In this document: positions 52,850-64,000 of the stretch, in pieces
Numbering within the stretch: position 1 is the first letter of the stretch
Layout: the number at the start of each line of letters is the position of its first letter
Assembly: GCA_951406725.2 (NCBI GenBank)
Contig: OX597838.1
Span: 35,526,001-35,590,000, forward strand
DNA: 64,000 bases
DNA from: Octopus vulgaris
Taxonomy: Eukaryota
Reading direction: 5' to 3'
Position numbers and translations under genes: made by a program
Notes under the pieces: generated by a model
Database searches by the model: none
The model's input: the letters and a program-made list of their open reading frames with translations, nothing else
Told to the model about the DNA's origin: nothing

Positions 52850-53700
52850 GCCAGAAATACACACTGTGACTTCTAAGTTTTGCTGCCAACAGCTCATGTG
52901 TACAAAGATACTTATACTTGTGTGTGCGTGTGTGTGTTTATATATATATATATATATATGTATATATTATGTGTGTGTGTTTACATATGCAATGTTAAAA
53001 ACCTAAATAATCTCCCCATTTGAATGCACAAAACTCCATATCAAAATCTTACTGTATCAGGTTAATCTTCTAACTAAAACCAACAAAAATGTATGTAAAT
53101 ATATGGAGGCTGTGCTCCATCATGGCCTTGGCTGAACTGGCTAAAACAAACTGAAAACTCCTGTGTGTTGTGTCAGTATCAAGCATTTATTTTTTCGTCA
53201 TTTTTGTTGTTTCTTTAATATATATCTGTTCTTAAAAAAAAAGTGTGTATATTTTGTTTTTCTTATGAATCCTGTGTTTTGTGTAGTGTGTGCGTGTGTA
53301 TGTGTGTTTGTGTTAATTTATACAGCGTTTGTGCATTTGTGTGTGTGTGATGGTATATGAGATGTATGTGCGCTTTTGTTTAAATCTTGCTATTTCTTTC
53401 TTTGGTCTTAAGAAATGTGTGTGTATGGGTTGTATATATATATATATATGTGTGTATATGTATGTATGTATAGGTGTAAGTCCATTGCATTTGTATATTT
53501 CAGTATGCGTGTGTGCACATATATATATATGTGAATATTTGCATCTGTGATAGCTTGTATATATGTTTGTGTGTGTGTGTGTGTGTATCTGTGTGTATGG
53601 GTTTGTGTGTGTGTTTGAGTATATATTTATATATTAGTTAGTGCATGTATAATTAGCCCTGTGTGTGTGTTTTATGCTGGTTAGTATTTATATATATATA

Positions 53701-53741
<41 letters not shown>

Positions 53742-54175
53742 ATATATATATATATGTATGTATATATATATATGTGTATATATATATATATGTGTGTATA
53801 TATATGCTTGTGTATGTGTAAAGCTGTGTGTTTGTTGGTGTCTGTGTAGTTATCTATGCGCATGTGTGTGTGTGTGTGTTTGAAACAATGTATGCATAAT
53901 CACAAACAACAGAAGGGGGGTAGGGTAGAATGAAGGAAGGAAAGAAGGAAAGAAAGAAAGGAGGTGAATGTGTGTTAAGATAGAACTGTTGTAGTAGTAG
54001 TAGTAGTAGTAGTAGTAGTTGCCTTTCTTGTTGTTCTTGTTGCGATGCTGTTTTTTGAAGTTCTTGGAATTTATATACAGGAGATGATCTGTATGGTATA
54101 ATACAATATCTTCAAATGAGAATTAAGCAAGGAAACAATAAACAAAAAAAATAAAGTAATAATAATAATAATAAT

Positions 54176-54206
<31 letters not shown>

Positions 54207-54410
54207 GTAGTTATACTAACAAAATGAACAAAAAAGTTTTCTACGCAAAATTACTAACACGTATAGACCAACCACCAAGATATCCACACATAATCTTACG
54301 TATACATATATACATGCATATATATACACATGTACATAGATGAATGTATGTGCATGTATGTATATGTATGTATGTATTATGTATGCTTGTAAATATGTAT
54401 GTGTATATAT

Positions 54411-54558
54411 GTGGCTGTGTGGTAAGTAGCTTGTTTACCAACTACATGGTTCTGGGTTCAGTCCCACTGTGTGGCACCTTGGGCAAGTGTCCTCTACTGT
54501 AGCCTCGGGCCGACCAAAGCCTTCTGAGTGGATTTGGTAGACGGAAACTGAAAGAAGC
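54411..54558 (+). mobile_element. SINE family A, 5' half
   Basis: Head and core match. Confidence 0.85.
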
Positions 54559-54807
54559 AAGAACAGGTTGTTATGGTTATGCCAGATTTTCAGTTTCAAC
54601 CCCACTGTTCTGTGGTACCTTGGGCAATTGTCTTTACTTTCCCACAATCCTAGAGTCAACCAAAGCCTTGTGAGTGAAAATTATTTGGTGGAATCTTTAT
54701 GGAAGACAAATGGCAAGACTGAGTGCTTTTGTTTTTAGATGGGAGGTTTAACCTGCTGCCTGTTTTAATACTTTCACCACAGTTTGACCATTTTGACCAT
54801 TGGGTTC

Positions 54808-55206
54808 TTTTTACTTGTTTTCAGTCATTTGACTGCGGCCATGCTGGAGCACTGCCTTTAGTCGAGCAAATCGACCCCGGGACTTATTCTTTGTAAGCCC
54901 AGTACTTATTCTATCGGTCTCTTTTGCCGAACCGCTAAGTGACGGGGACGTAAACACACCAGCATCGGTTGTCAAGCAATGCTAGGGGGACAAACACAGA
55001 CATACACACAAACACACACACATATATATATATACATATATGCGACAGGCTTCTTTCAGTTTCCGTCTACCAAATCCACTCACAAGGCATTGGTCAGCCC
55101 GGGGCTATAGCAGAAGACACTTGCCCAAGATGCCGCGCACTGGGACTGAACCCAGAACCATGTGGTTGGTTAGCAAGCTACTTACCACACAGCCACTCCT
55201 GCGCCT
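54808..55206 (-). mobile_element. SINE family A
   Basis: Full-length reverse-complement match. Confidence 0.92.
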
Positions 55207-55411
55207 TTGGCAAAAAGGCAAAAAAAAAAAAAGAAGCCACACCACTGCTGTGATCTTCTTTGATATAGGGGGTAATATCTCTAAAGAAATAAGGCAGTGA
55301 GCTGGCAGAATCATTAGCACACTGGGCAAGATATTTCGTGGTATTTTGTCCATCTTTGTGTTCTGTGTTCAAATTCCACTGAGGTTGACTTTGCCTTTCA
55401 TTCCTTTAGGG

Positions 55412-55630
55412 CAGTGGTTTTCAACCAGGGTTCCGCGGAGCCTTAGGGTTCCACCAGTACAGTCTAGGGGTTCCGCAAGAAGTTACAAAAATGCTAAAAT
55501 CGACAGTAATTTTTAATTCTCCTGTGCAGATATGTGTGCATAAGACAATTAAATTATTGCACAGGGGTTCCTCGAGCCAGTGAAATGTTTTCTTGGGGTT
55601 CCGCTCCAGCAAAAAGGTTGAAAAGCACTG
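55412..55630 (+). mobile_element. hAT MITE, 219 bp, nested in a family B SINE (about 55292-55730)
   Basis: Copy of 4165-4383; degenerate TSD CTTTAGGG / ATTTAAGG; splits the family B central block. Confidence 0.9.
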
Positions 55631-55893
55631 ATTTAAGGAGCTGATGAAATAAATACTAGTTGAATACTGGGGTTAATGTAACAGCCTTACCCTTCTCCTA
55701 GAATTGGCTCTGTGCCAAAATTTGAAACCAATATTTTTCAAGAAATACAGTTCCTACCTGAAGCTAGTTAGTCTCTCAAGTCAAAACTTGTTCTTTGTGA
55801 GTGAAGGAAGCTGAGGCCACCAGGAAAAACATGTATGTATCATGCAACCATTTCAATCCAAAGGTGACTGTCAGAACCTACTTTACAAATTAA

Positions 55894-56100
55894 CCCTTTA
55901 GTGTTCGTATTATTCTGCCAAAAATAATGCTTCTTCATCCACATTGCCTTGAACTAATTAGGCATTACCTTGTAGCTTTGAGATTTTGATGAGGTAACTG
56001 TTAACTTTTAAAATGATATTGTAGGGTTGATCTGGCCAGTTTGAACATAAAACAGGCAGAATACCTTTGGCCGGATAAGGCCAGTTTAAATGCTAAAGGG
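55894..56100. mobile_element. piggyBac-like MITE
   Basis: TTAA|CCCTTTAGTGTT ... AATGCTAAAGGG|TTAC; related pieces at 1845-2040 and 11838-11867. Confidence 0.7.
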
Positions 56101-56516
56101 TTACTTCCTACATCGTCATACTCAAAATATACTGGTACAACACTGACCTTCTGGACACTGGTGGTTTTGAACATCTTATAATCCACACTAATTTACTTAC
56201 AGAAACTTAAAATTCCCATGGCTACAAGTCTTATTTACTTGGTGGCCTTGTTACGCAGTAACTTGCACAGTACAATACTAATTAATGTGTATAATTTATG
56301 CTAATGTAAAAGTACCTGTTTTTCATTTAATTATTAAAGCAAATTTAAGTAAATATTTAATTTAGAGGTGACCACCCCTGGTTTGGAACAATCAGTTATC
56401 TGAAAAGGGTTTGGAACCAAAGGTTCTGGAAAATCCATGTTCTATCTGTATTTGAAATTATACAAACTTTGTAATAAAGCAATTAGAATCCTATTCAGCA
56501 TACATACACAAAGTAT

Positions 56517-56678
56517 AGGCGCTGGAGTGGCTGTGTGGTAAGTAGCTTGCTTACCAACCACATGGTTCCGGGTTCAGTCCCACTGCGTGGCATCTTAGGC
56601 AAGTGTTTTCTGCTATAGCCCCGGGCCGACCAATGCCTTGTGAGTGATTTGGTAGACGGAAACTGAAAGAAGCCTGTC

Positions 56679-56724
<46 letters not shown>

Positions 56725-56945
56725 GTGTGTGTGTTTGTGTGTTTGTGTTTGTCCCCCTAGCATTGCTTGACAACCGATGCTGGTGTGTTTGCGTCCCCGT
56801 CACTTAGCGGTTCGGCAAAAGAGACGGATAGAATAAGTACTGGGCTTACAAAGAATAAGTCACGGGGTCGATTTGCTCAACTAAAGGCGGTGCTCCAGCA
56901 TGGCCACAGTCAAATGACTGAAGCAAGTAAAAGAGTAAAAGAGAG
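56517..56945 (+). mobile_element. SINE family A
   Basis: Full-length match. Confidence 0.92.
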
Positions 56946-57030
56946 TAATGTAACCAGCTGCTGCATTTCATGAAACATATGCCCATAAGCATCTGCAAGG
57001 GAATAATTGTTACTTTCTGATGAAGCCACC

Positions 57031-57358
57031 TTCAAACTCCACCTATCTAACACCCGTGGACATGTTTACAAAGTCAGAAAACAGCACAGCTCCCATGACT
57101 TTTGGAAACATTTTTTCATGCTAAGAGTTGCTGAAGCATGGAACAAACTGCCGGCATCAGTTCTTAGTTGTTGGAGCACTGCATCCTTCAAAAATTCCAT
57201 GCTTCCTGAGATTCACCAACACTTCACCTGATTTTCTCCCCTCCATACACACGCAAGCATGTATCTGACTCCTACATTGTTCGCTTTCCAGACATTTGTA
57301 CATTACTGCATATGCTTTATATGTACTTTTGACAAGTTGGGGTGCACCTGAGCACTGT
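57031..57358 (+). mobile_element. CR1-like LINE 3' end
   Basis: FKLHLSNTRGHVYKVRKQHSSHDFWKHFFMLRVAEAWNKLPASV..SFK (TRGH...FF..RV...WN.LP CR1 C-terminal motif) plus 3' UTR. Confidence 0.88.
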
Positions 57359-57770
57359 CATCATCGTTTAGCATCCGCTTTCCATGCTAGCATGGGTTGG
57401 ACGGTTCAACTGGGGTCTGGAAAGCCAGAAGGCTGCACCAGGCCCAGTCTGATCTGGCAATGTTTCTACGGCTGGATGCCCTTCCTAACGCCAACCACTC
57501 CGTGAGTGTAGTGGGTGCTTTGTACGTGCCAGACGAAGCTGGCAAACGGCCACGATCGGATGGTACTTTTTACATGCCACCGGCACAGAGGTCAGGCGAG
57601 GCTGACAATGGCTACGATCGGATGGTGCTTTTTACGTGCCACTGGCATGGAGGCAGTTGGGGTGGCGCTGGCAATGGCCACGTTCGGACGGTTTTCTTAT
57701 GTGCCACCGGCACTGGTATCACAGCTACGATTTCCATTGATGTTGATCGATTTTGATTTTGTTTTTGTTT
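57359..57770 (-). mobile_element. Retroposon family C
   Basis: Reverse-complement match to 49886-50254. Confidence 0.88.
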
Positions 57771-57886
57771 TGCTTTTGTATACAATAATTTCATTATTAC
57801 TATCATTATTATTATTATTATTATTAATGGAGCTGCTCAACACTGAACATTATGGATCCACTTTTGGTTAGGATCCTTCCATGACA

Positions 57887-58218
57887 ATGAAACTGGCTGA
57901 GTGTTCTTTCAAGACATTTAAGGAAGCACAACAGTTCATTTTGTCACTTGTACCCAAAAAACAGGCACATAACTTTCGAAGCATGCTTGGAAATCAAGTA
58001 ACAGGGGAGAAGCCAATGTCGTTACAAGAGCAATGTTAGATAAGGCACAAGCAGTCTGGCACAGATAGATGTTCTTTGCATGTTTGCCTTACAAATGATG
58101 GCATCAAATATGAAACTAGGTCTTGTGAAGGAGGTGAATCACCAGAATCTTTCAAATAAGTATGAAGTTCAACGTCTATGTAGGGAGCACCTATACTCTT
58201 ATTTGTGGCAAACTGGAG
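57887..58218 (+). pseudogene. Possible heavily decayed Penelope-like linker/GIY-YIG endonuclease relic
   Basis: Translates ..FKEAQQFILSLVPKKQAHNFRSML..GTDRCSLHVCL.. and, after a frameshift, NHQNLSNKYEVQRLCREHLYSYLWQTG, loosely matching RQPPNLxxxL..CxxxRCxxC..YxIxCxxC..YIGQTG. Confidence 0.4.
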
Positions 58219-59089
58219 CATGTATGTTTATGTGTGTGTGTGTATATATATACACACACACATGCACACACACACACACACACATATATACACACATAAA
58301 TATATATACACATATATATATGTACATATATATATATGTATATATATATGTATATGTACATATATGTATATATACATACCTACATACACACATACACACA
58401 TGCATACACACACACACACACACACACAAGCACACATACATAGTAGATTATAATTATTTATTGCATGCAGCCGGTACTTCCCTCTATTGGCTTTTGCAGT
58501 TTGTCATTTTCTGTGTTTCCCCACCGTGTGTGCATGTGTATGTATACATGCTTTTACCCCCCCCCCCCCACACACACACACACAGACACACACACACAAT
58601 TTCAGAGAATTGTAAGAACCTATGGAAATTAAAACAAATTGAAATAGTAAAAAAAAAAATGCCATTGATTGGTTGAGTCTAAGATCAAGGGGTGAGCCTT
58701 AACAAGCTCTTGTTCTGCTTCATGAATAAGATTAGTTAAATGTACTTCTGCAAATAGTGTTAATGAAGTCCTATGTTCTTTTTCAAAGAACTTCTTAAAT
58801 AACAATAGGAAATTTAATAAGTCAACAACTCCATTTGTGTGTGTGTGTGTGTGTGTGTTTCTTTAAAGTTCTAAGAGAAATTTCTTTCTGTCTTTCTTTC
58901 CCATGAGTGTGTGTGTTTTATTTATTTTTTTTTTTTTCTAACTTGATTGAAGAAAGCTTAAATTGCTTGTTTACATACCTGTTATTTTCTAGCAAAATAA
59001 TTAGGCATTGTATGGGTTTATGTGCCCAAAATCTCAGGTGAGATATTGTAAACATTTCATGCCATTTCATTTTTGGTAAACAAAAAATA

Positions 59090-59476
59090 CAGGAGTGGCT
59101 GTGTGGTAAGTAGCTTGCTAACCAACCACATGGTTCCGGGTTCAGTCCCACTGCATGGCATCTTGGGCAAGTGTCTTCTGCTATAGCCCCGGGCCGACCA
59201 ATGCCTTGTGAGTGGATTTGGTAGACGGAAACTGAAAGAAGCCTGTCGTATATATGTATAAATATATATATATGTGTGTGTTTGTCCCCCTAGCATTGCT
59301 TGACAACCGATGCTGGTGTGTTTATGTCCCCGTCACTTAGCGGTTCGGCAAAAGAGACCGATAGAATAAGTACTGAGCTTACAAAGAATAAGTCCCAGGG
59401 TCGATTTGTTCGACTAAAGGCGGTGCTCCAGCATGGCCGCAGTCAAATGACTGAAACAAGTAAAAGAGTAAAGAGT
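59090..59476 (+). mobile_element. SINE family A, followed by an older 5' half at 59490-59650
   Basis: Full-length match. Confidence 0.92.
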
Positions 59477-59677
59477 AATAGCTGTAGGAATAGGTGTGGC
59501 TGTGTGGTAAGAAACTTGCTTCCCAACCACATAATTCAGGTTCAGTTCCACTGCGTGGCACTTTGAGCAGGTGTCTTCTACTATAGGCTTAGATCAATCA
59601 AATCCTTCTGAGTGGATTTGGTAGAAACCGAAAGAAACCCATTGTGTGTGTATGTGTGTGAGGTATATATTATATAT

Positions 59678-59933
59678 GCCATGATAAAACTCCGAGTATT
59701 GGATGCCAGAGTGGAAATCCATGCTGCCATCTCTTCAGTTATCCGGCCATTGGAAAAATACTGGTTGGATAACTGAAGAGATGGTGGCGTGGAGTTCTAC
59801 CTCGGCATCTGAAACTCGGAGTTTTATCATGGCTACCGAATAATTGTCACATATTACATTTACAGATAAATTCCTCTATTTACATAATATCAAGGTCTCA
59901 TTCTTTCTTTTGTTGTCTTACCATTTTTATCAA
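59678..59933 (+). mobile_element. Penelope-like terminal fragment with inverted 5' segment, in (TA)n
   Basis: 59678-59744 is an imperfect inverted copy of 59767-59833; 3' part matches 15425-15591. Confidence 0.65.
59768..59828 (+). ncRNA. Type I hammerhead-like ribozyme motif (variant stem II junction)
   Basis: GATAA-CTGAAGA-GATG..CATC-T-GAAAC-TCGGA-GTT-TTATC; stem I GATAA/TTATC. Confidence 0.55.
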
Positions 59934-59956
59934 TATATATATATATATATATATAT

Positions 59957-60287
59957 ACAAAATGAGAAAATGGAGAAATATACCTAAATCAATCATCAAC
60001 CATCAGATAATACCCAATCAATACTTTATTAAACCATTACACAACAGCAGTTATATTATACATAATATATTACAAATATAACAAGACATAGAAATAGAAA
60101 TAGAAATACATTTATATTGTAGCTGACAGCTGTTTCGGCCGTGAAGACAGACATGTCCCATTTAACCTATTAGCTATATAAAGCAGGTATAAATGAGACA
60201 TTAACAAGAATGTCTCACGGCCTCTTCAGAGAATTTAATGTAAGTATGAAAAAAAGGAGGGTTGAATTTACAACCCCTATCTAATTT

Positions 60288-60288
<1 letters not shown>
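59957..60288 (-). mobile_element. Penelope-like terminal fragment in (TA)n
   Basis: Same family as 28301-28750; carries a hammerhead core; (TA)n on both sides. Confidence 0.6.
60123..60231 (-). ncRNA. Type I hammerhead ribozyme motif with extended stem II
   Basis: Minus strand CT-CTGAAGA-GGCCGTGA-(70 nt)-TCACGGCC-GAAAC-AGCT-GTC-AG; complete core with palindromic stem III loop; stem I only 2 bp. Confidence 0.7.
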
Positions 60289-60366
<78 letters not shown>

Positions 60367-60592
60367 ATATAAATAGAATACAGAAAATAAAAGAATTCTT
60401 GAATGTGGATAGGCTGTGAAAGCAGCTTAGAAAATCAGGTAAATGCCCTTGAAGATGAAAAAAAGGGTCAGCAAGCCTTAACATAGAATTGAACCCTGTA
60501 TTTCTCAGATTCTGGATGAGTGCTGTGTACCATTCTTGCAGAAGTGTCTTCTACTAAACCAATGCTTTGTTAGTGGATTTGGTAAATGGATG

Positions 60593-60972
60593 GAAGCACT
60601 CCGTCGGTTACGACGACGAGGGTTCCGGTTGATCCGAATCAATGGAACAGCCTGCTCGTGAAATTAACGTGTAAGTGGCTGAGCACTCCACAGACACGTG
60701 TACCCTTAACGTAGTTCTCGGGGATATTCAGTGTGACGCAGAGAGTGACAAGGCCGGCCCTTTGAAATACAGGTACAACAGAAACAGGAAGTAAGAGTGA
60801 GAGAGAAAGTTGTGGTGAAAGAGTACAGCAGGGATCACTACCATACCCTGCCGGAGCCTCGTGGAGCTTTAGGTGTTTTTGCTCAATAAACACTCACAAT
60901 GCCCGGTCTGAGAATCGAAACCGCGATCCTATGACCGCGAGTCCACTGCCCTAACCACTGGGCCATTGCGCT
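60593..60972 (-). mobile_element. SINE family D variant
   Basis: Tail shared with about 24766-24950; tRNA-like head TGGCCCAGTGG...GGTTTCGATTC; different central region. Confidence 0.85.
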
Positions 60973-61503
60973 GCCACATTTGGTAAATTGAAACTGTGAA
61001 TATACATGCATAGCTTTCAGTTAGCAACTCTTGCACAAGCAGGCTGTTCGTAAGTCTCTCTCTTTCTCTCCACTGATTGAAATATAAGGAAAAGGCAATT
61101 AATAAATGGAAGTGAATATGAGCAACTACCTTTACAACAATCACTGCAATGTCTGTGGTCATAGCTTCCATAGGTGCTAAACGCTAAACAACATTATGGA
61201 TTTTAGTTTGAAGGTGATGATTGCCTTTGGCTCTGTTCTGAGGTTTTTGCTGTATGAGCAAATACGAAAAAGATAAGTGGACAATTGAGTCAGATGAGTT
61301 GCCGATACAGCTAAGTGCCTCACCATCATCATCGTTTAACGTCCGCTTTCCATGCTGGCATGGGTTGGACAGTTTGACTGAGGGCTGGTGAGCCAGAAGG
61401 CTGCACCAGGTTCCAATCTGATCATAAATACATAACCAGTGGTCACTCTCTGACTGACCAGCACAAACAACTTTCTAAATATATATGTGTGTTTGTGTGT
61501 ATG

Positions 61504-61561
<58 letters not shown>

Positions 61562-61587
61562 TATATATATATATATACATATTACAC

Positions 61588-61668
<81 letters not shown>

Positions 61669-61672
<4 letters not shown>

Positions 61673-61925
61673 CCGGTGGCATATAAAAAGCACCAACTGA
61701 TTGTGGCTGCTGCCAGACTCCCCTGGCACCTGTGTCGGTGGCATGTAAAAAGCACCTACTACACTCTCGGAGTGGTTGGCGTTAGGAAGAGCATCCAGCT
61801 GTAGAAACCTTGCCAGATCAGACTGGATCTCGGAGCAGCCTTCTGGCTTGCCAGTTCTCAGTCAAACCGTCCAACCCATCCCATCATGGAAAGCAGACGA
61901 TAAACAATGATGATGATGATGATGA

Positions 61926-61926
<1 letters not shown>
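61669..61926 (+). mobile_element. Retroposon family C
   Basis: Two GGTGGCAT.TAAAAAGCACC units and a (GAT)n tail; an inverted tail fragment lies at 61323-61423. Confidence 0.85.
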
Positions 61927-61957
<31 letters not shown>

Positions 61958-62396
61958 AAAGAATGAACCACATACACAACCAGGAAGGAAGTGGACCTCA
62001 ATATCATTGAAATATAGGAATATTATTAATGTATAATATATCCAACTTTACATTCTCAGTACAAATGCCACAAAGGTTGACTTTGCTTTTCATCTTTTCA
62101 TGATCGTTAAAATAAGTACCTGTTGAGCACTGAGGCTGCTAAAATTGACTTCCCTCTTCCCCACCGAACTACTGGTCTTGTACCAAAATTTGAAACCAAT
62201 ATATAATATAATATAATATATACAATTATCATCATCATCATCATTTCACATCTGTTTTCCGTACTGGCTTCAGTTGGACGGTTGTGACATACCTTTTGTA
62301 TAGCCAGAATTATCTTGTCCAATATAGAGTGAGTAAGGTTATTCAAGGAAAACTTGAAACTTGGCTGCTCTTTCTAGCAGTTCAAGTGACTATACC

Positions 62397-62819
62397 CTTT
62401 ACTCTTTTTACTCTTTACTCTTTTACTTGTTTCAGTCATTTGACTGCGGCCATGCTGGAGCACTGCCTTTAGTCGAGCAAATCGACCCTGGGACTTATTC
62501 TTTGTAAGCCCAGTACTTATTCTATCCGTCTCTTTTGCCGAACCGCTAAGTGACGCGGACGTAAACACACCGGCATCGGTTGTCAGGCATTGCTAGGGGG
62601 ACAAACACAGACACACAAACATACACGCACACATACATATATATATACATATATACGACGGGCTTCTTTCAGTTTCCGTCTACCAAATCCACTCACAAGG
62701 CATTGGTCGGCCCGAGGCTATAGCAGAAGACACTTGCCCAAGATGCCATGCAGTGGGATTGAACCCGGAACCATGTGGTTGGTAAGCAAGCTACTTACCA
62801 CACAGCCACTCCTGCGCCT
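62397..62819 (-). mobile_element. SINE family A
   Basis: Full-length reverse-complement match. Confidence 0.92.
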
Positions 62820-63054
62820 ATGTAGAGATTCCACTCTTGGACTGGCAGTGTTATAGTGGTAGTGGTTGTGGTATCAGTAGTGTTATTTTTGTTGTTGTTT
62901 AGATTCATGTCAGACACAATCTGGCAGATTTTTGATTAAAGTTATTCTGATTATGGTCACTTTGTGTGTGTGTGTTTATATTCTGTCATAGAGATATAAA
63001 TTTTTTTATAGACACTTGGCTTCCAACATAGCTTGTATATATATATATATATAT

Positions 63055-63220
63055 ATCAACAATCAAGGAACGGCCATAATAGGCCATTCACCCACTAGAA
63101 ATAACAGCCAAAGCTTCAACCGCAAATAAAAATTAATTCCGTAATTTATTTGCGGTTGAAGCTTTGGCTGTTATTTCTAGTGGGTGAATGGCCTATTATG
63201 GCCGTTCCTTGATTGTTGAT
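63055..63220. repeat. Perfect inverted repeat, 76-bp arms, 14-bp spacer
   Basis: 63055-63130 is the exact reverse complement of 63145-63220. Confidence 0.95.
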
Positions 63221-63320
63221 GTTGAACTTAAAAATGGTCTATGACTATTTAATTTTTTCCCACTAGGCCGCTGGTGGCAAAAAAAAATTCTACAAAATTT
63301 TTTTTGCCACCCTATATTGA

Positions 63321-63385
<65 letters not shown>

Positions 63386-63640
63386 ATCAATGTACACACA
63401 CACATGGATGCATGCATTGAGGACTTCTTTCAGTTTCTGTCTTTCGAATCCACTCACAAGTCTTTGGTTGGCCGGGAGCAATAGTAGAAGACTCTTGCCT
63501 TAGGTGCCATGCAGTGGGAATGAACCCAGAACTATGTGGTTGGGAAGCAAGATTCTTACCATACAGCCATGCCTATGCCTATATATGTATATATACATCA
63601 ATACACGCACTCAGATATATATATATATATATATATATAT

Positions 63641-64000
63641 AGGTGCAGGAGTGGCTGTGTGGTAAGTAGCTTGCTTACGAACCACATGGTTCCGGGTTCA
63701 GTCCCACTGCATAGCACCTGGGCAAGTGTCTTCTACTATAGCCTTGGGCCAACCAAAGCCTTGTGAGTGGATTTGGTAGACAGAAACTGAAAGAAGCCTG
63801 TTGTATATATGTATATATATGTGTGTGTGTATTTGCATGTCTGTGTTTGCGTGTCTGTGTTTGACCCCCCCCAACATCACTTGACAATTGATGCTGGTGT
63901 GTTTACATCGCCGTAACTTAGTGGTTCGGCAAAAGAGACCGATAGAATAAGTACTAGGCTTACAAAGAATAAGTCCCGGTGTCGATTTGCTCGACTAAAG
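63641..64000 (+). mobile_element. SINE family A running off the window end; an older 5' half (-) lies at about 63425-63580
   Basis: Match to family A. Confidence 0.9.

Overview
AT-rich eukaryotic genomic DNA with no recognisable host protein-coding exon, rRNA, true tRNA gene or CRISPR array. The repeat complement (dense tRNA-derived SINEs, very long (TA)n/(TATG)n/(CA)n tracts) suggests an octopus or other coleoid cephalopod intron or intergenic region; this is inference, not a database result. Almost all listed ORFs are microsatellite or SINE read-throughs. Supported content: about 25 copies of one ~420-bp SINE (family A), about 15 of a ~200-235-bp SINE (family B), a (GAT)n-tailed retroposon with variable internal ~63-bp repeats (family C), further CORE-like SINEs, hAT/piggyBac/Tc1-pogo MITEs, four non-autonomous Helitrons, and LINE relics (RTE, CR1, R4/Dong, HERO, Penelope-like). 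Most notable: (i) several hammerhead-ribozyme motifs in (TA)n-inserted, fold-back Penelope-like termini; (ii) family B multimers with an exact 184-bp period and a recurring junction, one inserted as a single unit inside a 16-bp TSD; (iii) a perfect 76-bp-arm palindrome; (iv) a young RTE insertion with an intact 3' ORF and a 9-bp TSD.
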